Shown: piece after piece, positions 1-8,600 of the stretch | Position numbering within the stretch: position 1 is the stretch's first letter | Layout: each line of letters starts with the position of its first letter | Assembly: GCA_016713425.1 (NCBI GenBank) | Contig: JADJPE010000005.1 | Location: forward strand, 3,901,532-3,965,531 | Direction: 5' to 3' | Source: Deltaproteobacteria bacterium | Lineage (GTDB): Bacteria > Myxococcota > Kuafuiibacteriia > Kuafuiibacteriales > Kuafuiibacteriaceae | DNA length: 64,000 nt | The notes under the pieces: model-generated | What the model was told of the DNA's origin: nothing | Databases searched by the model: none | Seen by the model: the letters and a program-made list of their open reading frames with translations, nothing else | Program-made: the position numbers and the translations under genes

Positions 1-436
1 CCGAGCACAGAGCGAACGGCACTCTGTACGCTGCTTCTCAGACTCCACATGAGGCTTCGCGTGGCCGACGCCTTGGCAATACCGCCGAGATCGCGCCCCT
101 TTTGAATCGAAGCGCTCGCCTCGATCCGTGCACCCGAGGCCGGACATTTGAAGACGCAGACCATGGTACTTCCGTTTTGTTCTGCCTTCTCGATCAATGG
201 CTTGACGTGGCTGAGCTCAATTTCTCGCATGAATCCACGCCTACCACGGTCGAGCGAAGGCTCAAAGCCAAGTGTTCGACGGATGTTCGTGTCTTCAGGT
301 GTCCGAACTCATGGCCGGGTTCCGTGCGAACGATCTCGAGCGAACACACCACGCCGAGCGACGATCGCGTGCATCGCGACGATCGCGTGCACTTCCGTGC
401 TTGGTCGAGCAAGCATCGATCGATACACTGACAGTC

Positions 437-1939
437 ATGCAAGCCACTGTGCGTCGTGTCGATGTCGGAGAAACAACCAGTCTCGAAGACTACAGCACAC
501 ACATGAATCTTCACGCTGCCGTCCACGACCTCCGTCACGAAGCCGAGATCTTGCTGCCGCGGCTCGCCGGACGTCGGCTGTGGATGCTGAACTCAACTGA
601 GCACGGCGGTGGCGTGGCTGAGATGTTGCCACGTATGGTCACCTGTCTTCGGGAGCTCGGCCTCCCGACTGAATGGCTGGTGCTGGAGACCGACGATCTC
701 GGGTTCTTCGAGCTCACGAAGAAGATCCATAATCTCATTCACGACTCGGGCACGGGCGGGCTCGACGCGGAGGCGCGATCGCTTTACGAAGCGGTCAATC
801 GACAGGTCAAAGACGCGCTTCTTGACTACGTGCAGCCGGGTGACATCTTGATGGTTCACGATCCACAGCCGATGGCCGCCGGTGCGATGCTCAAGAAGGA
901 ACTCGAGATCTCCACCGTGTGGCGTTGCCACATTGGTCTCGACCGGAGTACCGAGCGAACGAAGGCGGCCTGGTCGTTCCTTCGACCATATGGGGATGCT
1001 TATGATCGCGCTGTCTTTTCGGCGCCGGAGTACATTCCTGATTTCCTCGTCGGCCGATCGGCGCTCGTCGCACCGGCGATCGACCCCTTGAGCCACAAGA
1101 ACCGCGAACTCCACGCGGTGAAGCTCATGGGTATTCTGTGCAATGCCAAGCTTGTTCAGGCGATGCATCCGATGATGCGCCCCGATTTTGCCGAGGCGGC
1201 GCAACGACTCTTGCCGGATGGTTCCTTCGGCTATGCACGTGGCGATTGGGACATCGGCTTTCTCTTCCGACCCATCATTACGCAGATCTCGCGCTGGGAT
1301 CGTCTGAAAGGCTTCCGGCAACTCCTCGACGCGTTCGTCCGCCTCAAGCAGCGCTCAGCGGGTGAGCGGGTGGCGGATCCGACACATCGCAGACGTCTCG
1401 AGTACGTGCGTTTGGTCTTGGCGGGGCCCGACCCGCGCGCGATTCAGGACGATCCGGAAGGGATGCTTGTCTTCGAAGACCTACGGAAGAGCTACGCCGC
1501 GCTTGAGCCCGATCTGCAACGCGACGTCGCGATCCTGAGTCTTCCCATGAGCTCGAGGAAGAACAACGCATTGATGGTCAACGTGCTCCAGCGCGCTTCG
1601 AGCATCGTCGTTCAAGCCTCGGTGCAAGAAGGGTTCGGACTCACGGTGACTGAGGCGATGTGGAAACACGTTGCGGTGCTTGGAACGCAAGCCTGTGGCA
1701 TTCGACAGCAGATTCGCGATGGCGTCGATGGCCGGCTTCTCACGGATCTGAATGACGTCGACGCGTTTGCGTCGGTGCTCGACGAGATGCTAGCCAGGCC
1801 CAAGGCCCGTGAGGAGTACGGCCGGAGCGCACAACGCCGCGTGTTCAACGAGTTCCTCGTCTTCTCGCAGCTTCGACGGCTGCTCGAGCTCTTCTCTCTG
1901 TTCGGAAGCAGTACGCAGGACGTCGTCCCGCGAGGGTGA
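437..1939 (+). CDS. GT-B fold glycosyltransferase (GT4 family, EX7E-type)
   Basis: ORF 272..1939. Has the C-terminal 'EGFGLTVTEAMW' motif typical of retaining GT4 enzymes and an N-terminal 'MVHDPQPM'. The ATG at M56 fits the domain start. Confidence 0.65.
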   Translation: MQATVRRVDVGETTSLEDYSTHMNLHAAVHDLRHEAEILLPRLAGRRLWMLNSTEHGGGVAEMLPRMVTCLRELGLPTEWLVLETDDLGFFELTKKIHNLIHDSGTGGLDAEARSLYEAVNRQVKDALLDYVQPGDILMVHDPQPMAAGAMLKKELEISTVWRCHIGLDRSTERTKAAWSFLRPYGDAYDRAVFSAPEYIPDFLVGRSALVAPAIDPLSHKNRELHAVKLMGILCNAKLVQAMHPMMRPDFAEAAQRLLPDGSFGYARGDWDIGFLFRPIITQISRWDRLKGFRQLLDAFVRLKQRSAGERVADPTHRRRLEYVRLVLAGPDPRAIQDDPEGMLVFEDLRKSYAALEPDLQRDVAILSLPMSSRKNNALMVNVLQRASSIVVQASVQEGFGLTVTEAMWKHVAVLGTQACGIRQQIRDGVDGRLLTDLNDVDAFASVLDEMLARPKAREEYGRSAQRRVFNEFLVFSQLRRLLELFSLFGSSTQDVVPRG

Positions 1940-1949
1940 GCGAAGTGTT

Positions 1950-4217
1950 TCAGAGCAGATCGACACGGAACCCGGCGAGGGCGCCTATCATGAGGGACGG
2001 GGCGTCAAAGGCCTCCCCGGAGTACTGAGTTGTTGAGGCGGTTGCCTCGACGAAGACGTGTTCGAAGGACGTACCGAGCATGAGTATGGCCGACGGTGCG
2101 ACGCCGCGCTCGACTTCTGCCTGATCGATCGACGTGTTGGTTCGATGTGCGTAGGCGCTCAGACCGCCGCCAAGCCCCGCGTACACGGCGACTTGGCCGG
2201 TCTTGATGAGGTCGATCGTCAGCCGCAGTTCGAGCGGCAGCATGATGAGCTCGGCCTTGGTCGTGACGCTTAGCCGGTCGTCGACGCGAATGGAGTGATT
2301 TGCGGTGAGCCGACTGACAAGCGCGCCGGCACAAAGGTTGAGGCGTGATGCGAGGACGTGAGGACGGACGCAGACATCCACGCCGCCGGCCGGGATGAGC
2401 GAGGGCTTCGCGTAGCTTGCGCCCATCCGAAAGCGAAGTGCCCATGTCTTGGTGGGGGGGGCGAGCGTGAGAATGCGCTCCTCCCGAAACCGTGCCTCTG
2501 CGTCGGTGACGACAAGCTTGATCGTTTGCGTCTTTCCGTTCGGTGAGACGCTTGCGACATAGTGACCGGTGTCGATCTCATGAAGCGGCTTTGCGCGTGC
2601 ACCCTGAGCCTCAAGCGTGAGTGAATAGGAGGCCGGTCGTCCGGCGAGGTCGTAGGCCTTCACGTGCACGCCGAAGTCAGGACCATCGACGGCGGGGCGT
2701 TCGGGTTCAAGGGCGAACGTGACGCGCGCGGGCCACGGCGGAGGCACGATGCGGATGGTCGCCCGGCCCTGAAGAGATGGCTTGTGGGTCGCCTTCCCGG
2801 TTGCACCTCCGCCCGTGGTTCGATCTCCGACCGTCGTTCGATCTCCGACCGGCGTTGCGGGAGTCAGAAGCGCTGCGTGTAGCACGACTTCGCCGCTTTT
2901 CGGATAGGCCGCGGGCTGAGGGCTCGTGAAGGTCACTTCGTATTCGCCGAGGCCGGTGTCCTTGATCTTGCCGAGCTCTCCGCGGGCCACGGTGGCCGTG
3001 AGCGCGAGCCCGGCGACGCCGAGGCCCAGTCGGTCGGTGACCAGCATTTTGATCGTCAGCGTGGACTCGCCATCGGCGGCGACGACTTTCGCTTCCGGTT
3101 CGACGTACATGCGTTCGGGGGCAGGTACGCCCAGCTTCAGGGTGGTCTCAGCCCTCGAGACGCGATCGCCGACCACTCGCGCCGTCAATTTGAGCTTACG
3201 AGCCTGCGTCCCGCGGTTTGGCCGAAGCCGGAACTGATAGTGGGCGCCGTCGGCGCTCGCGGGTTCGACGATGCCGCCGTCGGCCGTGATCTTGATTCGG
3301 TCGATCGATGGTGGATTGGGAACATCGTAGAAGGCGTGGATGGTCGCGATCGCTTCTCCGTTGGCCTCGATCGTATGGGGGGTGGCCGCGAGGGTGAGAC
3401 GATTGTACGGCGGCATCACGACCTTGACTGTGTTCTCGCTCCGAATCGACTGATACGAGGACTGGGCGACAACGCGCTCGACGCCGGGCGGCACCAAGAA
3501 CGGCACGATGGCGCGGCCGGTCTTGTCGGCCGTCACGGTGGCCGATCGGACGCCGCCCGCAACGACGACGACCTGTGCGCCCTGCCGAGTACGCACGGGT
3601 AGCCGTGTCCGGCCGAACAACGGAATCCGTAGGAACTCGACGTGAGCAAGGGGGCCGGTTTCTCTCCACACCGCGACCAGGGCGATCTGAGGATGTTTTT
3701 CGGCCGGTGGTGTGAACCAAGTGCGATATGTGCCGGGGCTGACGTGCTCGACGGGATCGAAGCGGCCGACATTGACGGAGACTCTGAGCGGGCGCCGGAC
3801 TTCGTCGGCGGTTGCGTTCGCGTGGAATCGTACTTCGACCTTCTGTGGAGACCCGGCCAAGAGCGGCGACGACGTCCCGAGTTCCATCCGCACCTCTTCG
3901 TCGATCTCGGCGTTCTGGCTCGGCGTAGGGGGCGCGAGCCCGAGCGCGAGCCTTGGTCCAAGCGCGAGTCCGAGCGCCAGTCCGAGGCCGAGCCCAAGCG
4001 CGAGGTGTGGGCCCGAGCTCAACCGACCCCTGCGGTCGAAACGGGGGCCGATCAACGTTCGCCACGGTCGGATCGGAGCCGGGGATTGCTTTCGTGAGTG
4101 CCACGGTGGGCGCTCTTGCGGTGGCGTTTGCGGTGGCGTTTGTGGTTGGTCCGGTCGGCGCGAGAACGGCGCCCCGCGAGCTGATCGGCGTTCCAGATGG
4201 TCGATGCTTCTCGTCAT
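1950..4217 (-). CDS. Large secreted protein with tandem bacterial Ig-like (Big) beta-sandwich repeats and a hydrophobic, alternating C-terminal region (possible beta-barrel or anchor)
   Basis: 755-aa ORF with repeated ~90-aa V/T/A-rich modules ('TLTIKMLVTDRLG', 'TIRIVPPPW...'). The N-terminal hydrophobic stretch (LALGLG)n is encoded by a 12-bp tandem DNA repeat. The true start is uncertain. Confidence 0.45.
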   Translation of the reverse strand: MTRSIDHLERRSARGAPFSRRPDQPQTPPQTPPQERPPWHSRKQSPAPIRPWRTLIGPRFDRRGRLSSGPHLALGLGLGLALGLALGPRLALGLAPPTPSQNAEIDEEVRMELGTSSPLLAGSPQKVEVRFHANATADEVRRPLRVSVNVGRFDPVEHVSPGTYRTWFTPPAEKHPQIALVAVWRETGPLAHVEFLRIPLFGRTRLPVRTRQGAQVVVVAGGVRSATVTADKTGRAIVPFLVPPGVERVVAQSSYQSIRSENTVKVVMPPYNRLTLAATPHTIEANGEAIATIHAFYDVPNPPSIDRIKITADGGIVEPASADGAHYQFRLRPNRGTQARKLKLTARVVGDRVSRAETTLKLGVPAPERMYVEPEAKVVAADGESTLTIKMLVTDRLGLGVAGLALTATVARGELGKIKDTGLGEYEVTFTSPQPAAYPKSGEVVLHAALLTPATPVGDRTTVGDRTTGGGATGKATHKPSLQGRATIRIVPPPWPARVTFALEPERPAVDGPDFGVHVKAYDLAGRPASYSLTLEAQGARAKPLHEIDTGHYVASVSPNGKTQTIKLVVTDAEARFREERILTLAPPTKTWALRFRMGASYAKPSLIPAGGVDVCVRPHVLASRLNLCAGALVSRLTANHSIRVDDRLSVTTKAELIMLPLELRLTIDLIKTGQVAVYAGLGGGLSAYAHRTNTSIDQAEVERGVAPSAILMLGTSFEHVFVEATASTTQYSGEAFDAPSLMIGALAGFRVDLL
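3931..4012. repeat. Tandem ~12-bp repeat (GCGAGCCCGAGC-like) encoding the (LALGLG)n N-terminus of the Ig-like protein
   Basis: Seen directly as gcgagcccgagcgcgagcc...gagcccaagcgcgag. Coordinates approximate. Confidence 0.6.
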
Positions 4218-4252
4218 GGCCCTTCGAAAGTCTCGGGCACCCTAGCACGAAT

Positions 4253-5200
4253 TCAGTCGGACTCGGACTCGGTCGCGGCCGTGCCTTCGGGGGCGTGGTC
4301 ACGCACCAAGCGCACCATCGTCGGGCCGGTCCTCCGGATGAGGCCGTAGTGGTCATAGCCTCGGAGGGGGACCGACGCGTCTTCGCCTGGAATGGGTGAG
4401 GTGTATTGGGCTTCATCGCCAATCACGTTGTCGTCGATGGACCACATGCTATAGACGCGGTGGCTGGCTTCGCGCGCTGGGTTGTCGTTGAGACGGGACA
4501 GGTAGGCTGAGCTTGGACTCAATCCGTTGGAGAGGCCGCAGACGGGAAGGGTCGTGCTGCTGGGGATGCACGAGGTCAGGCCCTTGTTGGCGCCCGCGAT
4601 GCCTACGAAGGTGTCGACATCTCGTCCGATTGCGGGGCCGAGATCATACCGGCCCGTTTCCAGCAAGTCGCTTTGTGGCCCGCCCTTGATCGCCCCCCGG
4701 GCGAGCGTCACGCCGAGCGAATGCGAGATGACATCGACTTTCTCGGCGCCGGTGTACGCTTTGACGGCCTCGATGAACGCGCGCACCTGCTCGAGTAACC
4801 GGCGCGAGTGGTATCGGGTCATCGACCCTTTTCGATCCGCGCCTGCTGTATCGTAGGTCAGGCCGTACAGCTCAGCCGGACTGTAGCCGCGGCCGAGGAA
4901 CGTCTCGCGGGCTTCGCGCCAATCTTCCGCGCTTCCCGTGTTGCCGTGGATGAAGATGACCGGCTCGTTGTGGATCGGCTCGTTTGGGGTCGTCCTGCCC
5001 CCGAACGACGGACGGTCGGACCGCAGAAACTCGAGGTCGCCGTAGCCGTGGCTTTCTAGCCACTGGCGGAAATCTGGGCTGAAGCCGGGTACGGGACCGG
5101 TTGAGTCTCGATGGGCGTCTTCGATGCCAAGCATCTCGGAGGTGAGGGCTGCCGTTCCAGCCATCTTATCCGTGTATGTCCGCAGAATATCAAAGGGCAT
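4253..5200 (-). CDS. Secreted lipase/esterase, alpha/beta-hydrolase (Lipase_2 / Bacillus LipA-like)
   Basis: 'VIFIHGNTGS' oxyanion region and 'VISHSLG' GxSxG nucleophile. Start placed at M86 of ORF 4253..5455, because the first 85 codons are just a translation of the upstream 13-bp tandem array. Confidence 0.7.
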   Translation of the reverse strand: MPFDILRTYTDKMAGTAALTSEMLGIEDAHRDSTGPVPGFSPDFRQWLESHGYGDLEFLRSDRPSFGGRTTPNEPIHNEPVIFIHGNTGSAEDWREARETFLGRGYSPAELYGLTYDTAGADRKGSMTRYHSRRLLEQVRAFIEAVKAYTGAEKVDVISHSLGVTLARGAIKGGPQSDLLETGRYDLGPAIGRDVDTFVGIAGANKGLTSCIPSSTTLPVCGLSNGLSPSSAYLSRLNDNPAREASHRVYSMWSIDDNVIGDEAQYTSPIPGEDASVPLRGYDHYGLIRRTGPTMVRLVRDHAPEGTAATESESD

Positions 5201-5229
5201 CAGCGTTCCTTTCTGAATGAGGCTCTGAG

Positions 5230-5345
5230 CGGAGCTCCCAGCGGAGCTCCGAGTCGGATTTCCGAGTCGGATTTCCGAGTCGGATTTCCGAGTCGGATTT
5301 CCGAGTCGGATTTCCGAGTTGGAGCTCCGAGTTGGATTTCCGAGT
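5230..5345. repeat. Tandem array (~9 copies) of a 13-bp unit CGGATTTCCGAGT / CGGAGCTCCGAGT; unit junctions create the 11-bp palindrome TCCGAGTCGGA
   Basis: Read directly from the sequence. Lies in the divergent intergenic region between the lipase (-) and the Ser/Thr kinase-sensor gene (+). Confidence 0.85.
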
Positions 5346-5492
5346 CGGAGTATCGAACGCGCGCACGGGGTTGGTGCGCGCGTTTGGGGTCCCATGTTTG
5401 CGTTCGTGCGTATCTGCGCGCGGTTGTGCGAGAGGGTCGGACAGATCGCACGCACTCAGTGGGTGGTCGAAGATACGGGCGCCCGCTGGGTG

Positions 5493-8400
5493 ATGGCCGC
5501 TCGAATCCCGTGCATGATCCCGCTGTCCATGGGCCGCCGAGATCTGAGCAAGGAGGAGCTTCCGCTCGGCACCATGGTCGGCGAGTTTCAGGTCGAGCGC
5601 CTCCTAGCATCGGGGGGAATGGCGCTCGTTTATGCCGCGATCCATCCGGTCATCGGGAAGAAAGCGGCGATCAAAATCATCTTGTCTTCGCTCTCTTCGG
5701 ACGACGTCGCCGTGGGGCGCTTTGTCGACGAAGCGCGCGCCGTCAATCAGATTGGCCACAAGAATATCGTCGATATCTTTGCTTTCGGTGCGTTGCCCGA
5801 CGGTCGCAACTACCTGGTGATGGAGTGGCTCGACGGGGAGTCGCTCATCGAGCGACTTCGTCGTCGTCGTCTCACCGTGCGGGAAATCATCGAGATCCTC
5901 GACCAGCTCGCCGATGCGCTCTTCGCCGCGCACGCGAAGGGCGTCGTTCACCTCGATCTCAAGCCGGACAACGTTTTCTTGCTTGCGTCGTCAGCCGCCG
6001 ATGTTCAGGTGAAGCTCTTCGACTTCGGGATCGCGCAGCTCGCGGACTCGAGGAACCGGGTCGAATCCGAGTCGACCATGGTTGTCGGGACGCCGGACTA
6101 CATTGCGCCGGAGCAAGCGTCTGGCCAATCCGTGGGTCCGGCGACCGACGTCTATTCGCTGGGCGTCATGGCGTACGAACTCTTCGCGGGACGGCTCCCG
6201 TTCGTCGAGGAGAGCACCCGCGAGGTGATGGTTAAGCACGTCACCGTCGAGCCTCCGCCCCCGAGCCTATTTTGGCCAAGTATTCCGCCGGCGCTCGAAG
6301 AGCTCTTGCTTCTGATGCTCAGCAAGGACCCGAGGCGGCGGCCGAATCTGATTCGCGTGCGTGCTGAATTGGCCGAGCTCCGTCGTTCGAGTATTCTCAC
6401 CGACAGCTCCGACATTTCTCAGCGCCAGGTCGATCGTCGACCGCTCCTTTTTCGGCCCTTCGCGCGGACGGTCGATTTGGTTCGGCCGCTCTTGACGGAA
6501 CTCTCGGCGGGCGCGGCGTGGGTCGTTGCGGAGGGCCATGCGCCACCGATTGGCTCACCGATCTCGATCCGCTTCTGGGTCGATCGATACTCGGTTCAGA
6601 TCGATTTCGGCGCGATCGTGGAGAGCCACCTCGACCAGCAGGCCTCAAGATCTCTGGTCCGCTATGACCAGATCTCGCCGCGCAAGCTCGACCAAATCTT
6701 CGCGGTCGCCGCGCTCGTTTCGAGCGCCACGGAAGCCGTCGAGGACCCTCCCGCGCGCTGGGTGTCGGAAGACGAGCCCGGACGGTCTTGGACGACCGAT
6801 CTGCCTCGCCCCGATCTGCTCGAGACGCCCGAGACGCCGCTCGACGTAGACGTCGAAGGCACGCGCCCAACGCAGCGCGAGCCTTCGGTGGAGGCTCGCG
6901 GTGCGGGCGCGGGCGGAGTTCAGGCATCAGGCCCCAGTACTCGGGCGCCGCCCATAGATCCGCCGCTTCCGCGCCCCACGACCAAATGGCAAGGGGCCCG
7001 CCCCGTCTTGGGGACGAGGCGCTTCTCCTTTGGTCTTGGTGCGCGCATCGTGGCTCTAACCCTCGCCGTGACCGCAGCCGCGATTGGCGCGATCATGCAC
7101 TTTGCCCTTCGGCACATCGAAGAGGATCGCGCCTATTACGTCGACGAACTCACGCTTCGGACGGCGCAGCATTTGAGCGATGCCGTGGATCAGCGTCTCG
7201 CGTTCATGCGACTACGTCTCGAGGAGCTCATTGCCGGCCCGGCCGCGAACCCAGATGACCATGATTTTCTCCAGATTGCGCGCTGCGACCCTGCTCGCTG
7301 CGAGGTCATCGACGGAGACCCGATCTCGGAAGATGACTTGGCTAGGATTCGTGCCGAGCGTATGCTGGCGACCTCACCCGACGGCCGACGACTGTTCCTG
7401 CTCCAAAGGGGCCAGAACCAAGACACGGTGTACGTGGGGAGTCTTCTTGCCTCGTCGCTTCTCATGAAGCGCGACTTGCCCGCGAACCTCACCGCATATC
7501 TCGTGGACGCGAAGCGGCGGGTCATCCTGTCGGTTGGGGCGGCCCCGGAGCGCAACTTGTTGCGTCATCCCGTGACTTCGTTCTTCTCCGAGCTCGGGAG
7601 TCTTCCCTACACGACGACCGATGGTCTCGAAATGATCGGCGCTTGGGCGGGTGGGCACGATCTCACCACGTTTGTCTCCGTACCTCGTTCGGTGACGGAG
7701 CAGGCGACGGCGCGCCTCGTGCATAAGATTCTGAGCGTCACCGGAATGGTTCTTCTGATCTTCGTGCCGGTCGTACTCGTCTTCGCGCGGCGAATCACGC
7801 GCCGGTTGCGGCGCCTGACGGAGCGCACCGGGCGGATTGCCGTGGGCGAGTTTTTGGTGGAGACAGATATCTCGGGGCGCGACGAGGTTGGGCAGTTGGC
7901 CCAGGCGTTCAAGGAAATGACCCTCGCGCTACGGGCGCGCGACCGAGAAGTCCTGAAGTTCCAGCAGAAGCTGAGCGATGATGAGAAGTTGACGGTGCAG
8001 AAGCGAATGGCCGAGTGGCTCGAAGCGCAGCTCAAGGTGGCCCCGTTGGCGGCCGAACCCGGAAACGGAGATTCGGCCTTGGCCCACACGGACGCGCTTT
8101 CGCTGCGTGCCGGGTCGGTCCTCCAACGGGCGCTCGCGTTCTCGACGATGGTGAACCGACGGGTCGACCTTGCCTCGGCGACGGCCGAGGCGGTTGCCGT
8201 CGCGCGCACGCTGATCGATTCGAAACGTGTCACGATCGATCTCGAAATCTCTAACGCCGTGTTGTTCCCGCGGCTCGATGCGCGCGAGAGTGAAGTCCGT
8301 GAGCTCGTGATCATGCTCGTCGTGGATGCGGGCTTGGCGGCGCCCATCGGCGCCCGCATCAATGTCTCGTTGTATCAGAGCGCCGGGCTCCTCACCTTGG

Positions 8401-8600
8401 GGGTCCAATACGCGGTGGCTTCGGGGGCCACCGAAGCGGCGCACGAGAGTGTCGCGAAGGCGAGACCCCTCGCCGAGGCTCAAGGGGCCACCGTGGTCGT
8501 GCATTCCAGTCCAGCGTGGGGAACGTGCGCGCTCGTTGGATTCCCGATTGCTTCGCCGCCCCGCGCCTCTCGAGGATCGAGCTTGGGGGGCAGCAAATGA
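5493..8600 (+). CDS. Ser/Thr protein kinase fused to a membrane sensor with HAMP and a C-terminal HATPase-like domain (hybrid Ser/Thr kinase / histidine-kinase-like protein)
   Basis: Hanks kinase motifs 'LASGGMALVY', 'AIKI', 'HLDLKPDNVF', 'DFGIA', 'GTPDYIAPE'. Two TM segments flank a ~250-aa periplasmic region. HAMP-like 'GQLAQAFKEMTLALRARDREV'. C-terminal 'VIMLVVDAG...GLLTLGV' resembles a GHKL ATPase. Alternative starts at 5529 or 5574, the latter preceded by AAGGAGG. Confidence 0.75.
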   Translation: MAARIPCMIPLSMGRRDLSKEELPLGTMVGEFQVERLLASGGMALVYAAIHPVIGKKAAIKIILSSLSSDDVAVGRFVDEARAVNQIGHKNIVDIFAFGALPDGRNYLVMEWLDGESLIERLRRRRLTVREIIEILDQLADALFAAHAKGVVHLDLKPDNVFLLASSAADVQVKLFDFGIAQLADSRNRVESESTMVVGTPDYIAPEQASGQSVGPATDVYSLGVMAYELFAGRLPFVEESTREVMVKHVTVEPPPPSLFWPSIPPALEELLLLMLSKDPRRRPNLIRVRAELAELRRSSILTDSSDISQRQVDRRPLLFRPFARTVDLVRPLLTELSAGAAWVVAEGHAPPIGSPISIRFWVDRYSVQIDFGAIVESHLDQQASRSLVRYDQISPRKLDQIFAVAALVSSATEAVEDPPARWVSEDEPGRSWTTDLPRPDLLETPETPLDVDVEGTRPTQREPSVEARGAGAGGVQASGPSTRAPPIDPPLPRPTTKWQGARPVLGTRRFSFGLGARIVALTLAVTAAAIGAIMHFALRHIEEDRAYYVDELTLRTAQHLSDAVDQRLAFMRLRLEELIAGPAANPDDHDFLQIARCDPARCEVIDGDPISEDDLARIRAERMLATSPDGRRLFLLQRGQNQDTVYVGSLLASSLLMKRDLPANLTAYLVDAKRRVILSVGAAPERNLLRHPVTSFFSELGSLPYTTTDGLEMIGAWAGGHDLTTFVSVPRSVTEQATARLVHKILSVTGMVLLIFVPVVLVFARRITRRLRRLTERTGRIAVGEFLVETDISGRDEVGQLAQAFKEMTLALRARDREVLKFQQKLSDDEKLTVQKRMAEWLEAQLKVAPLAAEPGNGDSALAHTDALSLRAGSVLQRALAFSTMVNRRVDLASATAEAVAVARTLIDSKRVTIDLEISNAVLFPRLDARESEVRELVIMLVVDAGLAAPIGARINVSLYQSAGLLTLGVQYAVASGATEAAHESVAKARPLAEAQGATVVVHSSPAWGTCALVGFPIASPPRASRGSSLGGSK

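Noticed and set aside
1-436. Short overlapping ORFs at the window start (102..431 +, 148..600 +, 194..538 -)
   Set aside because: No motifs, mutually overlapping, truncated by the window edge. Left unannotated.
3196-4422. 408-aa minus-strand ORF (and several 100-180-aa ORFs) overlapping the Ig-like protein and lipase genes
   Set aside because: Extremely Arg/Pro/Ala-rich, no motifs, antisense or out-of-frame to better-supported genes.
5201-5455. N-terminal 85 codons of the lipase ORF ('...SNSEIRLGNPTRKSDSEIRLGNPTR...')
   Set aside because: This is a literal translation of the 13-bp tandem array. The lipase domain begins after M86, so I treated the repeat as non-coding. It was also considered as a CRISPR array. 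It has a 13-bp unit and no spacers, so it is not CRISPR.
5111-6235. 374-aa plus-strand ORF overlapping the lipase start, the 13-bp array and the kinase N-terminus
   Set aside because: It is in a different frame from the well-supported kinase. The product is Arg/Gly/Ala-rich low complexity and partly a translation of the tandem repeat. Typical spurious ORF in high-GC DNA.
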